Source: a virus (taxonomy: Duplodnaviria; Heunggongvirae; Uroviricota; Caudoviricetes). Taken from it: 64,000 nucleotides of DNA. The stretch spans positions 19,869 through 83,868 of IMG/VR virus record IMGVR_UViG_3300013102_000006. One strand, written 5' to 3'. This document shows positions 46,332 to 55,334 of this stretch, piece after piece. The translations under genes were made by a program, and so were the position numbers. A model generated the notes under the pieces. It worked only from the letters and a program-made list of their open reading frames with translations. It was not told the origin of the DNA and made no database searches. Each line of letters opens with the position of its first letter. The stretch's first letter is position 1.

Positions 46332-47266
46332 CGCTTCCCCTTAATATTTCTTACGTATCGTCCCTTAATCTTTTCTCCGTACCCACCGTCGTTCCTGAGA
46401 GCGAGCAGTCTATCAATAAGAGCAAGATCTGATTCTTTAATATCTAATTGCTCTGATTTAGATCGAGCAGGTGGCTTTCCAGCCTCGAACCATGTCCAGC
46501 CACCGTCGATATGATCTCTCAATATCCTAGTGAAGTTGTCAGGCTCCTCATCTGAATTGTATACTCTCATCCATGCAATCACTTTTACTGGTGTTTCGCG
46601 CTTTCGAAGTTTATTTTCATAACGTCTTCGATACCAGCCATCACTTTCCTCGGTGTATTCTTCCATCGTGTCCCAAACTTCACCGAGGCATACATCTTTT
46701 TGAGTTAATGTTGAGTAAACGCCGCCTATTTCCCATTTAGAAGTCTTTTTTGCTTTCTTCATGTCAGCCTTTAGCTTCATGTCCGCGACTGCTTCTTTGT
46801 AAGCGTCCATTCCTTCATGGATAAATCCTGGCTGTCCAGCTTTCCTAACAAACATAACCTTTTCTTTGATTATGCCTTTGGATATATTGCTGTTCCTGAT
46901 TAAATCTACGAGAAGTGCATCATTGACGCCTATGACAAATTTAATTCCGTCCTTCTCAACTTCACATGCTAGAAATGATAAGCGACCGCCTTGAGATGAT
47001 CCATCTGCAGACTCAAGAATACGTACAGTGAAACCGCCGTTGTCGAATGTGTGAACTTCTGGTTCATAGGTTTTCGTGTATTCACGCTTTTCACGATCCC
47101 ATTCACTCTCGCGCGCCCAATCTTTCGCTTGTGTAAGTGCTCTCTTGTCGCCATGTTCGACTACGTAGCCATCAAAGATGCGACCATAAGGCTTATTGTC
47201 AACTGGAGAAGTCTTAACAGCGACATCGATTTTATCCATCATCTTCCAGCTGTGATAGGTCTTCAT
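46328..47266 (-). CDS. Hypothetical protein
   Basis: 312 aa ORF co-transcribed with two nucleotidyltransferases; no motif recognised. Confidence 0.35.
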   Translation of the reverse strand: MKTYHSWKMMDKIDVAVKTSPVDNKPYGRIFDGYVVEHGDKRALTQAKDWARESEWDREKREYTKTYEPEVHTFDNGGFTVRILESADGSSQGGRLSFLACEVEKDGIKFVIGVNDALLVDLIRNSNISKGIIKEKVMFVRKAGQPGFIHEGMDAYKEAVADMKLKADMKKAKKTSKWEIGGVYSTLTQKDVCLGEVWDTMEEYTEESDGWYRRRYENKLRKRETPVKVIAWMRVYNSDEEPDNFTRILRDHIDGGWTWFEAGKPPARSKSEQLDIKESDLALIDRLLALRNDGGYGEKIKGRYVRNIKGKR

Positions 47267-47931
47267 TAGTTTCCCCTCCTGATCTTTAGAAGGATCTTAT
47301 TAATCGCTTCTTTGTCTGGTTCATCTGGGAGAACACTGTTAATTGCTTTCATCTCTGCATCTAATTCGGTAAACCTATCTATTATTTGCTGTGGCGATAG
47401 CTCTCCGAATGCAAATATCTCTTTACGCTGTTCTGGGGTGACACGAACGGTTATATCTCCTGTCTCAAGCAGCTCTTTACCCTGAATCATAAGACGTAGC
47501 AGGTGTCTCGAGTGTTTTGCATATCGTTTATTTTTACCATTGCCATATTTTCCATCCTTAGCATTTAATTTCTTCGCTTGGCTCATGGCATATCCGCCAT
47601 ATGACAAGGAAGCCTTTTTACTAAGAAATATATGCCTATTATCGACAAGCATCTTTCCATGCTTGGTAAGCTCTAGATACCCGTCTAAGAAAAGCATCTC
47701 TAGAATAGTAGGGTTACACTTCATGGCAAGCTTCATGAATTTCTCTACTTCATGATAGCACCAGTCTGGGTCTTTATTGTCATATGTTTCTTTATGCTTT
47801 TCTAGGCTCAAGACATCAGTAGTTTTTGCGACAAATATACCTTTTATATCTGTATCCGAGTCAGCATGGTCAAGACCATATGCCTTTGACCCAGTTATTC
47901 CCTCAAGAATTATATTGTCTGGTTTTTTCAC
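47266..47931 (-). CDS. Pol-beta-superfamily (minimal) nucleotidyltransferase
   Basis: 221 aa; GITGSKAYGLDHADSDTDIKGIF matches the GS-x9-13-D-x-D nucleotidyltransferase motif. Confidence 0.55.
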   Translation of the reverse strand: MKKPDNIILEGITGSKAYGLDHADSDTDIKGIFVAKTTDVLSLEKHKETYDNKDPDWCYHEVEKFMKLAMKCNPTILEMLFLDGYLELTKHGKMLVDNRHIFLSKKASLSYGGYAMSQAKKLNAKDGKYGNGKNKRYAKHSRHLLRLMIQGKELLETGDITVRVTPEQRKEIFAFGELSPQQIIDRFTELDAEMKAINSVLPDEPDKEAINKILLKIRRGN

Positions 47932-48395
47932 GATACCACTCCGTTTTCATGAAAGTTTTCATATATAAAATCTCTAAGACCCGCTAAAGAAGTAATTACT
48001 ATCTCTGTTCTATCTATACGAGCCCTCAATTGCCTTATTGGATAGTCATTTCTATATCTAAATTCATCTATCTCCCTGCCTATTTTAGCAATTAGAGAAT
48101 CAACATATCTAGATTTATCAATGTATTGAACAGAATCATACGTAGATATTGGAAGGGTCATTCTATGTACATCACCGAAGTTTGATTCAAATACTATTTC
48201 AAGACGGCTATATAAGTCATCAATAGTTGATGAACCTACATTCTCAAACTCTGGCCTCGTAGAACTAGAGCGAGACGATACAACTTCTCCAATGCCAAAC
48301 TTTTCGGCTACAAGGCCTTCAGCAATCTTTTTTGCGTCACCACTAAGGCTACTAAGCTTCGTCGTCTTCAGTTCTTGTGGTAGCTGGTAACTCAC
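47928..48395 (-). CDS. Hypothetical protein
   Basis: 155 aa ORF. Confidence 0.3.
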   Translation of the reverse strand: MSYQLPQELKTTKLSSLSGDAKKIAEGLVAEKFGIGEVVSSRSSSTRPEFENVGSSTIDDLYSRLEIVFESNFGDVHRMTLPISTYDSVQYIDKSRYVDSLIAKIGREIDEFRYRNDYPIRQLRARIDRTEIVITSLAGLRDFIYENFHENGVVS

Positions 48396-48912
48396 TTATA
48401 CTCTTCCCGATTCCATTAGCAACTTGTTTAGCAATTTCTGCAGTTGCTTCGCCATTATGAGATGCTGCAGCAAGAGCGGCGATTTGTGCCATCATTCTTC
48501 GGTCATCTGCTGAATGTTCAAGACCTTTACGTACGCCATCAGCAACACCGTCAGCGTAACCTTCTTTATACCCCATATCTTTAGCAATGGTCGACTTCTT
48601 TTCGAGCTTTTCAATTTCGCTCTGATATTGGTTTTGATGTTTCTCTTTTGCATCGAGTAGCTTCTCGCGCTCCTCAATCTCAAGTTCTTTGACTTTCAAC
48701 TCAGAAATTCTTTCACTTCGAGCAGACAGTGCTTTGTTGTCTTCTTCGAGACTCCCGATGCGCATGTTAGCTTTACTAAGTTCGCTCTTTAGCTTATTGA
48801 TTTCAAGCTTTTTATCAGCCTTTAGTTTGTCAAGTGCTTTTTCAGCAATCTCGACATCTTTTTTATTCTTAAAAATGTCCATTACAAGAATCCCCCTATT
48901 AGTTACATTCAT
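48352..48912 (-). CDS. Hypothetical coiled-coil protein
   Basis: 186 aa, Glu/Lys-rich heptad-like repeats. Confidence 0.3.
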   Translation of the reverse strand: MNVTNRGILVMDIFKNKKDVEIAEKALDKLKADKKLEINKLKSELSKANMRIGSLEEDNKALSARSERISELKVKELEIEEREKLLDAKEKHQNQYQSEIEKLEKKSTIAKDMGYKEGYADGVADGVRKGLEHSADDRRMMAQIAALAAASHNGEATAEIAKQVANGIGKSISELPATTRTEDDEA

Positions 48913-48948
48913 AATAGCATAAGGATTATCGATATGTCAAATATAATT

Positions 48949-48989
48949 ACAAAAAGAAAAAGCCCAATCGCAGTAGGGCTTTTTCTTCT
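48949..48989. terminator. Rho-independent terminator (bidirectional)
   Basis: AGCCC-(10 nt)-GGGCT hairpin flanked by AAAAAGAAAA and TTTTCTTCT. Confidence 0.45.
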
Positions 48990-49085
48990 AACATAAACCC
49001 ACAATTTTTTGAATAGAAGTTGTGAGAAACTATTTGGGATGGCACCCTAGATGTAGGACAAACATCTGCTAGTATAGTATCGCAC

Positions 49086-49472
49086 TTATGAAATGCTGTC
49101 AATAGATTCGAGCGTTATTTCTGCTCTTGGATTTTCTTTATCTATTTTAGCATCGATAGTGCTGATTCTTAGATGCTGCCATGAGTCGTCTTCGAGTATG
49201 CCTGCACGCATTAATGCATCCTGGATACTAGTAAGCATATTGTCAAGATCTCGACGCCTATTGTCTTTGACATAGAACATAATCGATATTTCTTGCCTAC
49301 CAACGAGAGGCTCCTTTATTCTGTATTTTAGAAGCTGGATACTTGCAAAGTTCTGCCATGTCTTCACATTACTGCTTGACATAATAAATGGCTTACCAGT
49401 AGCTTTGTTATAAGCAATCTGTTTAGAGTTCTTCTGGGCAGGTGTTTGGCCAAGTATCACAATTTCTAACAT
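49086..49472 (-). CDS. rusA: RusA-like Holliday-junction resolvase
   Basis: 128 aa; NRRRDLDNMLTSIQDAL matches the RusA catalytic Asp cluster. Confidence 0.55.
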   Translation of the reverse strand: MLEIVILGQTPAQKNSKQIAYNKATGKPFIMSSSNVKTWQNFASIQLLKYRIKEPLVGRQEISIMFYVKDNRRRDLDNMLTSIQDALMRAGILEDDSWQHLRISTIDAKIDKENPRAEITLESIDSIS

Positions 49473-49481
49473 ATCAATATT

Positions 49482-49682
49482 CTACTGGCAACCTTCACAT
49501 CCAAGTGCATCCATAGGGTCAATTGGAGCTGAACCAGGATTAGATTTATTGAATGATGTAGCGTTTTCCATCATAGCTCTATTAATCGCTTCAAGCTTTT
49601 CTTCTAGTGTCATATTACTAGCATCAAGGATAGAATTAGCCTTATCTAAAGTGTCTTTTTGTATGTCCTGTAGTGTTGCCAT
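49482..49682 (-). CDS. Hypothetical protein
   Basis: 66 aa ORF. Confidence 0.3.
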   Translation of the reverse strand: MATLQDIQKDTLDKANSILDASNMTLEEKLEAINRAMMENATSFNKSNPGSAPIDPMDALGCEGCQ

Positions 49683-49716
49683 AGAGTTCCTTTTTATTTA
49701 AAATGTCTATGTTCAA

Positions 49717-50661
49717 TTATACAGAAATAGCCATTGCCTTAAGCTCGTCTATCGTTTTACTTTTCATCGATTTCATTTCATTAGGAGCTATCTTTCTCTG
49801 CCGTACAAGATTGAGAATCAGCTTGTTTTTTTCTGCATCCTCGGGACTCATTTTCGGCTTGTCATCAACTGGAATTGGTGATGGTCTACGTTCTGACGGT
49901 GGGACTGTACTGTATTCTGTTTTTACATATTTCTTTGAAGTCTTCGCCTTCTCATATTGCCTACTCAGGTTAAAGAAGTGTTTACGAAGTTTTGCAACTG
50001 ATTTTATTTGGTCTTTCCAATCGAAGTCATCGTTTGGCTGATATGCTGTATAGAGCCAACGTAATACATCTTGTATGAATTGATACTCGTATTTGTCTAT
50101 ACGGTGCAACTTGTTCATTTCCATGTAATCCTTGTCGGTAGCCTTTCTATCGGCTAATGTTCTGTGATTTGGAAATAATTTAGAAACTACATCGAACAAC
50201 GCGTCTACAAGCTTAACATCATCATTGGTATATTTTTTATCCTCTTTTTGGCTTGTTGACATAGTATGGTTTATATCTGTGTTTATATTTGGTATAGGTG
50301 TGACATTTTTGGTAACTCCATTTACCATTTTTGACAAATGGATTTCCCCATTTTGACAAATGGCAGTATACCACTTAGTGCGATCATATTTCTTCTTATT
50401 AAACTCGCCAGACAAAATAAGCCCATTCTCTTCAAGAGTAATGAGCATCCTAGTAATCTTCCTTGCAGTCCAGAAAGGAAATAGTTCAGCGAAAGCCCTG
50501 GCCGAGTTATACGTCCAGTATCTTCCTTCAAAGTAGTTACGGTTGTTAGCTTTGTTCTGTTCCGTCCAATAACTAATATTTTTATGGAGTACAGCGCATT
50601 CTACACCTACTTTCATGGCTATATCAGTATCAAACCCTAAACTACCGCCATTAACGGACAT
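49717..50661 (-). CDS. Putative replication / DNA-binding protein (winged-helix)
   Basis: 314 aa; first gene of the leftward operon from the divergent promoter region; helix-turn-helix-like segment; function inferred from position. Confidence 0.3.
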   Translation of the reverse strand: MSVNGGSLGFDTDIAMKVGVECAVLHKNISYWTEQNKANNRNYFEGRYWTYNSARAFAELFPFWTARKITRMLITLEENGLILSGEFNKKKYDRTKWYTAICQNGEIHLSKMVNGVTKNVTPIPNINTDINHTMSTSQKEDKKYTNDDVKLVDALFDVVSKLFPNHRTLADRKATDKDYMEMNKLHRIDKYEYQFIQDVLRWLYTAYQPNDDFDWKDQIKSVAKLRKHFFNLSRQYEKAKTSKKYVKTEYSTVPPSERRPSPIPVDDKPKMSPEDAEKNKLILNLVRQRKIAPNEMKSMKSKTIDELKAMAISV

Positions 50662-50748
50662 AATTAGGCCACCTATTCTAAACCAAAGATCTACCCTCTT
50701 GGTTTGCTATTCATTATAAATTGTAACACAAACATAATCAAGATGTAT

Positions 50749-50776
50749 TTTGTAACAAAAATCATTGACTTGTCAA
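50749..50776 (-). promoter_or_regulatory. SigA-type promoter (minus strand): -35 TTGACA, 16-nt spacer, -10 TACAAA; divergent from the plus promoter
   Basis: Plus-strand tttgta 50749-54 and tgtcaa 50771-76; extended cgtgTTGACAag. Confidence 0.45.
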
Positions 50777-50795
50777 CACGCTTGTGCTATTATAA
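50765..50795 (+). promoter_or_regulatory. SigA-type promoter (plus strand): -35 TTGACT, 17-nt spacer, -10 TATTAT/TATAAT
   Basis: ttgact 50765-70 ... tattataat 50788-96; followed by the RBS GGGGAG and the ATG at 50837. Confidence 0.45.
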
Positions 50796-50836
50796 TTGTA
50801 GACAAGCCGCTTATGGCTATAACTTAGGGGAGATCA

Positions 50837-51622
50837 ATGGAAGAACGAAAAGCAAGAGTGCTTTTTTATGACCTTGAAGTATCGCGAGATATTGTAGAAG
50901 GGTATGGCAACAAATGGGAATTTAAAGTTGTTAAATGGGTGCGGCATCAAGAGCTTATGTGCTATTCCTACAAGTGGATGGGTGATGAATCACCTACATT
51001 TGTATACCGTCATCAATTTACTAATATGAAGCAATTCCTGAAATCATTAAGAGATTTGATGCATGAGGCTGACATTACTGTCGCGCATAATGGTAAAAAG
51101 TTTGACGATAAAATGGCAAGTCGTTTCTTTATTAAGAATAATGTTGACTTACCATCTCCATCATTCAGTATTGACACGCTTCAAGTTGCTCGATCAAAGT
51201 TTAAATTTCCTGGTAATTCTCTGAATGATCTCGCTGAATATCTCGAACTCGGGCAAAAAGAATCGATTACCTATAGAGACCTTGAGGATGATTTCATGTC
51301 TAAGAATCCAAAAGAGGAAACTATCAGACTTATGGCGACGTATAACAATATGGATGTTGAGTTGCTTGAAAAGCTCTATTACAAACTACGTCCAGCAATC
51401 GCAAATCACCCTAATATGGCCCGATTAATGAATGTGCACGATGCGTGTCCACAGTGTGGAGCTGGAGAAGAGCATATTGGACGCGAGAAATACAGATACA
51501 CTAAGATGGGCGTATTTATGCAATACAAATGTAAATTGTGTAAAAAATACTTCCAGTCTGCACGACCAGTTGAACGTGTCGATGATGTTCGTCCAAGTTT
51601 CAGAAATATCGCTGGTAATTAG
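50837..51622 (+). CDS. DEDDh 3'-5' exonuclease with C-terminal zinc ribbon
   Basis: 261 aa; Exo I FYDLEVS (D-x-E), Exo II VAHNGKKFDDKM, C-terminal CPQCG...CKLCKKYF. Confidence 0.5.
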   Translation: MEERKARVLFYDLEVSRDIVEGYGNKWEFKVVKWVRHQELMCYSYKWMGDESPTFVYRHQFTNMKQFLKSLRDLMHEADITVAHNGKKFDDKMASRFFIKNNVDLPSPSFSIDTLQVARSKFKFPGNSLNDLAEYLELGQKESITYRDLEDDFMSKNPKEETIRLMATYNNMDVELLEKLYYKLRPAIANHPNMARLMNVHDACPQCGAGEEHIGREKYRYTKMGVFMQYKCKLCKKYFQSARPVERVDDVRPSFRNIAGN

Positions 51623-52071
51623 CGGACCATATCAATAAATAGCCTGGTGCTATCATTAATCTCTTCTTGCGAAGCTTTTCGAAATGGAAATATTAATTCG
51701 CCTTTTATACTTTGGGCCTCTCCGTTTACTCTTACTACTACTTCATATGTTGAATAACCGCCTAGCTTGCATACAGGAATCGATAAAGAAACTTCCGATG
51801 CTGACTCGCCGTAGAAGGTCATATTACAATTTGTACAAACGCAGGTGATTATTCTATAAACACTCGCATCTTCTGTTTGTGAATATTTATAAAACGGGTA
51901 TATGAACTTACGCATTTTATTATGTTCGAGTCCATATCTTCCATGACACCACAAAAGGGAGTCTGGATGAAGGACTCCCTTATATTTATTTTCTATGCCA
52001 AGAATAGCAGTTAGAGCACCAGTATTTGTCTGTGTGGTATTGGTATTCTTCAATTGGTAATACTTTTCCAT
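51619..52071 (-). CDS. Hypothetical protein
   Basis: 150 aa ORF; overlaps the next ORF by 86 nt. Confidence 0.3.
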   Translation of the reverse strand: MEKYYQLKNTNTTQTNTGALTAILGIENKYKGVLHPDSLLWCHGRYGLEHNKMRKFIYPFYKYSQTEDASVYRIITCVCTNCNMTFYGESASEVSLSIPVCKLGGYSTYEVVVRVNGEAQSIKGELIFPFRKASQEEINDSTRLFIDMVR

Positions 52072-52411
52072 TAGACTTTACTTGAATTGACTGATAGCCT
52101 TTATTTTGCTGGTCTATCCACAGGTGTAATGGATATATTCTTGACCTACTCATCTTTGTATATTTTTGTTTTGAACATTCATGGCATTTTATGATGATGT
52201 AGTAGTCAACATACCGCCATCTCTCATCACTCCAATATTTCTGTTGATAGCTATGCCATTCATGGTGCTTACCAACTTTTCCTCGGCACCACTTGTTTGT
52301 ATTTTTCTTTGAAGACCTTTTTACAGTCTTCTCTTCAATTGCTGGCTGTTGGTACTTTTTATATAGGCCATAACTATGATAGCCTGAGTGGTCTCTTTTT
52401 AGTTGAGCCAT
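51986..52411 (-). CDS. Hypothetical Cys/His-rich protein
   Basis: 141 aa; CHECSKQKY...CSNCYSWH. Confidence 0.3.
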   Translation of the reverse strand: MAQLKRDHSGYHSYGLYKKYQQPAIEEKTVKRSSKKNTNKWCRGKVGKHHEWHSYQQKYWSDERWRYVDYYIIIKCHECSKQKYTKMSRSRIYPLHLWIDQQNKGYQSIQVKSNGKVLPIEEYQYHTDKYWCSNCYSWHRK

Positions 52412-52443
52412 TATATTCCTATTCTGTACGATTATGTGCGTAC

Positions 52444-52815
52444 TTACGTCATAGGATATTTTGACTCAAAGTCTCTGATTACTTTTTTAGCAGCAGCATA
52501 GAAATTTGACTCAAGTTCGGTTGGCTGTGCACCCTCACGTTGTAGTGGGTGTGGCTCACCAACCTCTTCTGTTTGCCTTTCTACTGCTTTCTCTATAGTC
52601 TTAGGAGTGTTGAAGCGTTTATTAACTGCCGCAGCGACATCCTGAAGCATTTCTTTTGTCATTGATAGTGTACGAGCAAATAACATTGCAGCATCGACTC
52701 CATCTTTAGTAAAGACATACCGATTGTTTGGCTGTCCTTTATAATTTTCTATAATTTCGATAGTGTAAGCTGGAAGTAACTCGCTAAGGTAAGCTTTTGC
52801 TTCTTGTACATTCAT
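52444..52815 (-). CDS. Hypothetical protein
   Basis: 123 aa ORF. Confidence 0.35.
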   Translation of the reverse strand: MNVQEAKAYLSELLPAYTIEIIENYKGQPNNRYVFTKDGVDAAMLFARTLSMTKEMLQDVAAAVNKRFNTPKTIEKAVERQTEEVGEPHPLQREGAQPTELESNFYAAAKKVIRDFESKYPMT

Positions 52816-53326
52816 TACACTATACCCCCTTGATTAAATAATATGCAATTCCAACCATTTATAGAGCTAGTGAGGCTACTATATTTGGAGGGGGAGATTT
52901 GGATAACTTGTATAACATGTATTATGCTACACGATACCATACCGACTATATCCCGCATTTTCTCCCCCATCTCTCTTGTTGCTATCTACGTAACGAGCAA
53001 GTGTATATAAGTTGCGGTCTGGCCATATGGACTGTTTATATTATACCACTGTAGAGCTTATGCTTGCAATAGTATACAAACAAAAAGAGCTACTTGAGCT
53101 CTATCTTGTCGAATCCGCGTATACGGTTCTTATGCCTAAGTCTCTTAGGCGTTCTAGGCATACACCTGAACAGTCTCAAATTGCATCGCGCCAACTATGC
53201 GAGCGACTAGTCGCTTAGTTGAATCCACGCTCTTAGTGATTGCGTCTAATACTATTATAACATATTTATTTTACTATTGACTACATAAATACTCATAAGA
53301 GTAGATAGAAATACAAAATAAAATAA

Positions 53327-53352
53327 CCACTCCGAAAGGGGCGGTATTTTTT
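53327..53352 (+). terminator. Putative Rho-independent terminator (plus strand)
   Basis: CCaCTCC-GAAA-GGGGcGG hairpin with a GNRA tetraloop followed by TATTTTTT. Confidence 0.35.
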
Positions 53353-53424
53353 AATTAGTCTGGCTATACTCCATCTGGAATATGAGTTCCCATAAGAATA
53401 TCTCCTTATATATATTGTATCAAA

Positions 53425-53510
53425 TGGCGGAAGACTGTGGACTCGAACCACATGCCTTTCAGCACACACATCTTAGCAGGATGGTCTAGCACCTCGCTAG
53501 TTAGTCTTCC
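53425..53510 (-). tRNA. tRNA-Ser(GCU), type II, CCA encoded (hand fold)
   Basis: Plus-strand TGG+acceptor+GGACTCGAACC T-arm; 86 nt; anticodon loop CUGCUAA. Confidence 0.55.
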
Positions 53511-53513
53511 AAA

Positions 53514-53588
53514 TGGTTCGGGTGCTAGGGTTCGAACCTAGATTATATGGGTCAAAGCCATACGTCCTACCAATTAGACGACTCCCGA
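53514..53588 (-). tRNA. tRNA-Gln(UUG) (hand fold)
   Basis: CTAGG-GTTCGAA-CCTAG T-arm; anticodon loop CUUUGAC; one A:A mismatch in the acceptor stem. Confidence 0.55.
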
Positions 53589-53612
53589 CTATATGCTCAT
53601 TTATGAACAAAG

Positions 53613-53683
53613 CTCCAGTAACAGGGCTCAAACCTGTGATACTTGGTTAACAGCCAAGCGTATTATCACTATACTATACTGGA
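53613..53683 (-). tRNA. tRNA-Asn(GUU); 3' CCA not encoded
   Basis: Acceptor TCCAGTA/TACTGGA, D stem GTAT/ATAC, anticodon loop CUGUUAA, T-arm ACAGG-TTTGAGC-CCTGT; the 3' sequence after the discriminator is C-T-T, not CCA. Confidence 0.5.
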
Positions 53684-53698
53684 GCACTACTCATAAAA

Positions 53699-53773
53699 TG
53701 GTCCCGACAGCGATATTCGAAATCGCCCTAACACCGTGACAGGGTATCGTGCTAGCCACTACACTATGCCGGG
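53699..53773 (-). tRNA. tRNA-Asp(GUC)
   Basis: GCGAT-ATTCGAA-ATCGC T-arm, anticodon loop CUGUCAC, CCA encoded. Confidence 0.6.
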
Positions 53774-53875
53774 ATGATTGTTAATGTATTTTCTTGGGGT
53801 GACCGACGAGACTCGCGCTCGCTTTCTCTTCCTTCACAGGGAAGTGTCTCGACTACTTCGACCTCGGCCTCCACA

Positions 53876-53964
53876 TGGAGGAGAGTGAGGGATTCGAACC
53901 CTCGGTGGATTTTACCCACTTCGGTTTTCAAGACCGACCGATTAAACCACTCTCGCAACTCTCC
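53876..53964 (-). tRNA. tRNA-Ser(UGA), type II
   Basis: 89 nt, acceptor GGAGAGT/ACTCTCC, anticodon loop CUUGAAA, long variable arm. Confidence 0.55.
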
Positions 53965-53980
53965 ATCTTTGTAATGTGCT

Positions 53981-54069
53981 TGGTCGTCCTAGATGGACTC
54001 GAACCATCACGAGATTCTATTCCCAATAGATTTTAAGTCTATCGCGGCTACCTATTACGCCATAGGACG
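53981..54069 (-). tRNA. tRNA-Leu(UAA), type II
   Basis: 89 nt, acceptor CGTCCTA/TAGGACG, anticodon loop CUUAAAA. Confidence 0.55.
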
Positions 54070-54077
54070 TTATTACT

Positions 54078-54165
54078 TGGTACAGGAGGCGGGACTCGAA
54101 CCCGCACGCCCCTTAGGGCAACAGCTTCTAAAGCTGCCGAGACTACCAAATTCCTCCACTCCTGC
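54078..54165 (-). tRNA. tRNA-Leu(UAG), type II
   Basis: 88 nt, GCGGG-ACTCGAA-CCCGC T-arm, anticodon loop UUUAGAA. Confidence 0.55.
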
Positions 54166-54176
54166 AAATTTTTAAA

Positions 54177-54254
54177 TGGTACCCACCGAAGGATTCGAAC
54201 CTTCATTCACCACATTTTGAGTGTGGCCGATATGCCAAATTCTCGTAGGCGGGC
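54177..54254 (-). tRNA. tRNA with apparent CAA anticodon but a short (5-nt) variable region, atypical
   Basis: 78 nt; GAAGG-ATTCGAA-CCTTC T-arm; anticodon stem CCACA/TGTGG with loop CUCAAAA; a Leu anticodon on a type-I-length body; needs tRNAscan confirmation. Confidence 0.4.
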
Positions 54255-54267
54255 ATATATTAATGCT

Positions 54268-54343
54268 TTGGAGCTCCGTGGCAGAATCGAACTGCCGTAA
54301 TCCGCTTTGCACGCGGGCGCGTAAGCCTCTCCGCCAACGGAGC
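54268..54343 (-). tRNA. tRNA-Cys(GCA)
   Basis: Acceptor GCTCCGT/ACGGAGC, GGCAG-AATCGAA-CTGCC T-arm, anticodon loop GUGCAAA. Confidence 0.55.
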
Positions 54344-54356
54344 ATGTTATCAATCA

Positions 54357-54442
54357 TGGTACCAGTTGAGGGAATCGCACCCACTCGGCCCGAAGGACTT
54401 GTTTTACAGACAAGCTCGTCTACTTTATCGAACTAAACCGGC
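54357..54442 (-). tRNA. tRNA-Tyr(GUA), type II (tentative)
   Basis: 86 nt; acceptor with two G:U pairs; anticodon stem-loop CTTGT-CUGUAAA-ACAAG; T-stem has one mismatch. Confidence 0.45.
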
Positions 54443-54446
54443 TTTA

Positions 54447-54521
54447 TGGTGGCACCCCTCAGACTCGAACTGAGAACCCCAACGGCTTCAACGTTGTGCT
54501 CTACCATTGAGCTAGAGTGCC
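54447..54521 (-). tRNA. tRNA-Phe(GAA)
   Basis: CTCAG-ACTCGAA-CTGAG T-arm, anticodon loop UUGAAGC. Confidence 0.6.
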
Positions 54522-54671
54522 AGAGCAAGGGTTCGCGACGAATAATCATTTATATCCCTTAATCTATTCCGTCTTACGCCAGTTTCTAGGCGAATATTCT
54601 TACCTACAAAACAGCTACGTTGCCGCTAGTTTCTATTATAAACAAAAATTATGTTAATGTACAGTATTATT

Positions 54672-54749
54672 TGGTCGGGGCTGAGAGAATCGAACTCTCC
54701 TGAATGTCTCGGCTCCAGACCGAGCGGCACGCCTTGCGCCCGAACCCCG
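54672..54749 (-). tRNA. tRNA-Pro(UGG)? with unusual C33
   Basis: GAGAG-AATCGAA-CTCTC T-arm; anticodon stem CTCGG/CCGAG with loop UCUGGAG (position 33 = C); 3-bp D stem and 8-nt variable region. Confidence 0.4.
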
Positions 54750-54779
54750 ATACTTAATATGTAATGTGAACCGATAGTT

Positions 54780-54853
54780 TGGCAGGGCGACCAGGACTTG
54801 AACCTAGAACGACGGTTTTGGAGACCGATATGATACCGTTTCACCATCACCCT
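54780..54853 (-). tRNA. tRNA-Trp(CCA)
   Basis: CCAGG-ACTTGAA-CCTAG T-arm, anticodon loop CUCCAAA. Confidence 0.5.
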
Positions 54854-55300
54854 GTATTGGTGGAGATAGCGGGCACCGCCCCCGCGTCCAAACTTACAAT
54901 GTAAGCTGTCAAAATCATAATGTTATCCCCACATGGAGTTAGTTTTTGTACAGAACCTTCCTAAACTGGCGCTAGCCGCTCGCTACCCATCACGGTTTAT
55001 TAGAGTCTGGTAGGGTCACTTACAGCCCTACTGTCCACCTACGCGGGTGGTGCTATCTACCGTGCCAAAGCCTCGTCCGCTAGCATCTTTTGTTAAAGAA
55101 AATGCACCTAAGATGTTATCTTGGTGCTTTGAGAATGTGTCTATAAAACTATGTTTATGAATTATACTCGTTAGCACCAACTGAAAAATAATCGGGTGTT
55201 AATGACCAGTGATTACAATTGAGCTGTTGCTGAGAAGTATTTGCCTTCATATATTAATTATACCACACTACGCATGGATATATCAATACTATTTTGCAGT

Positions 55301-55334
55301 AAAAAGAAAAAATCCCAATTAAGGGACTTTTTCC
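55301..55334. terminator. Weak bidirectional terminator-like hairpin
   Basis: TCCC-aattaa-GGGA hairpin flanked by AAAAAGAAAAAA and CTTTTTCC. Confidence 0.3.

Noticed and set aside
54858-54930. GC-rich hairpin GCGGG-CACCGCC-CCCGC preceded by TGG, initially read as another tRNA
   Set aside because: The loop lacks the TTCRA T-loop consensus, and the upstream sequence gives only a 3-nt 'anticodon' loop; it is probably not a tRNA.
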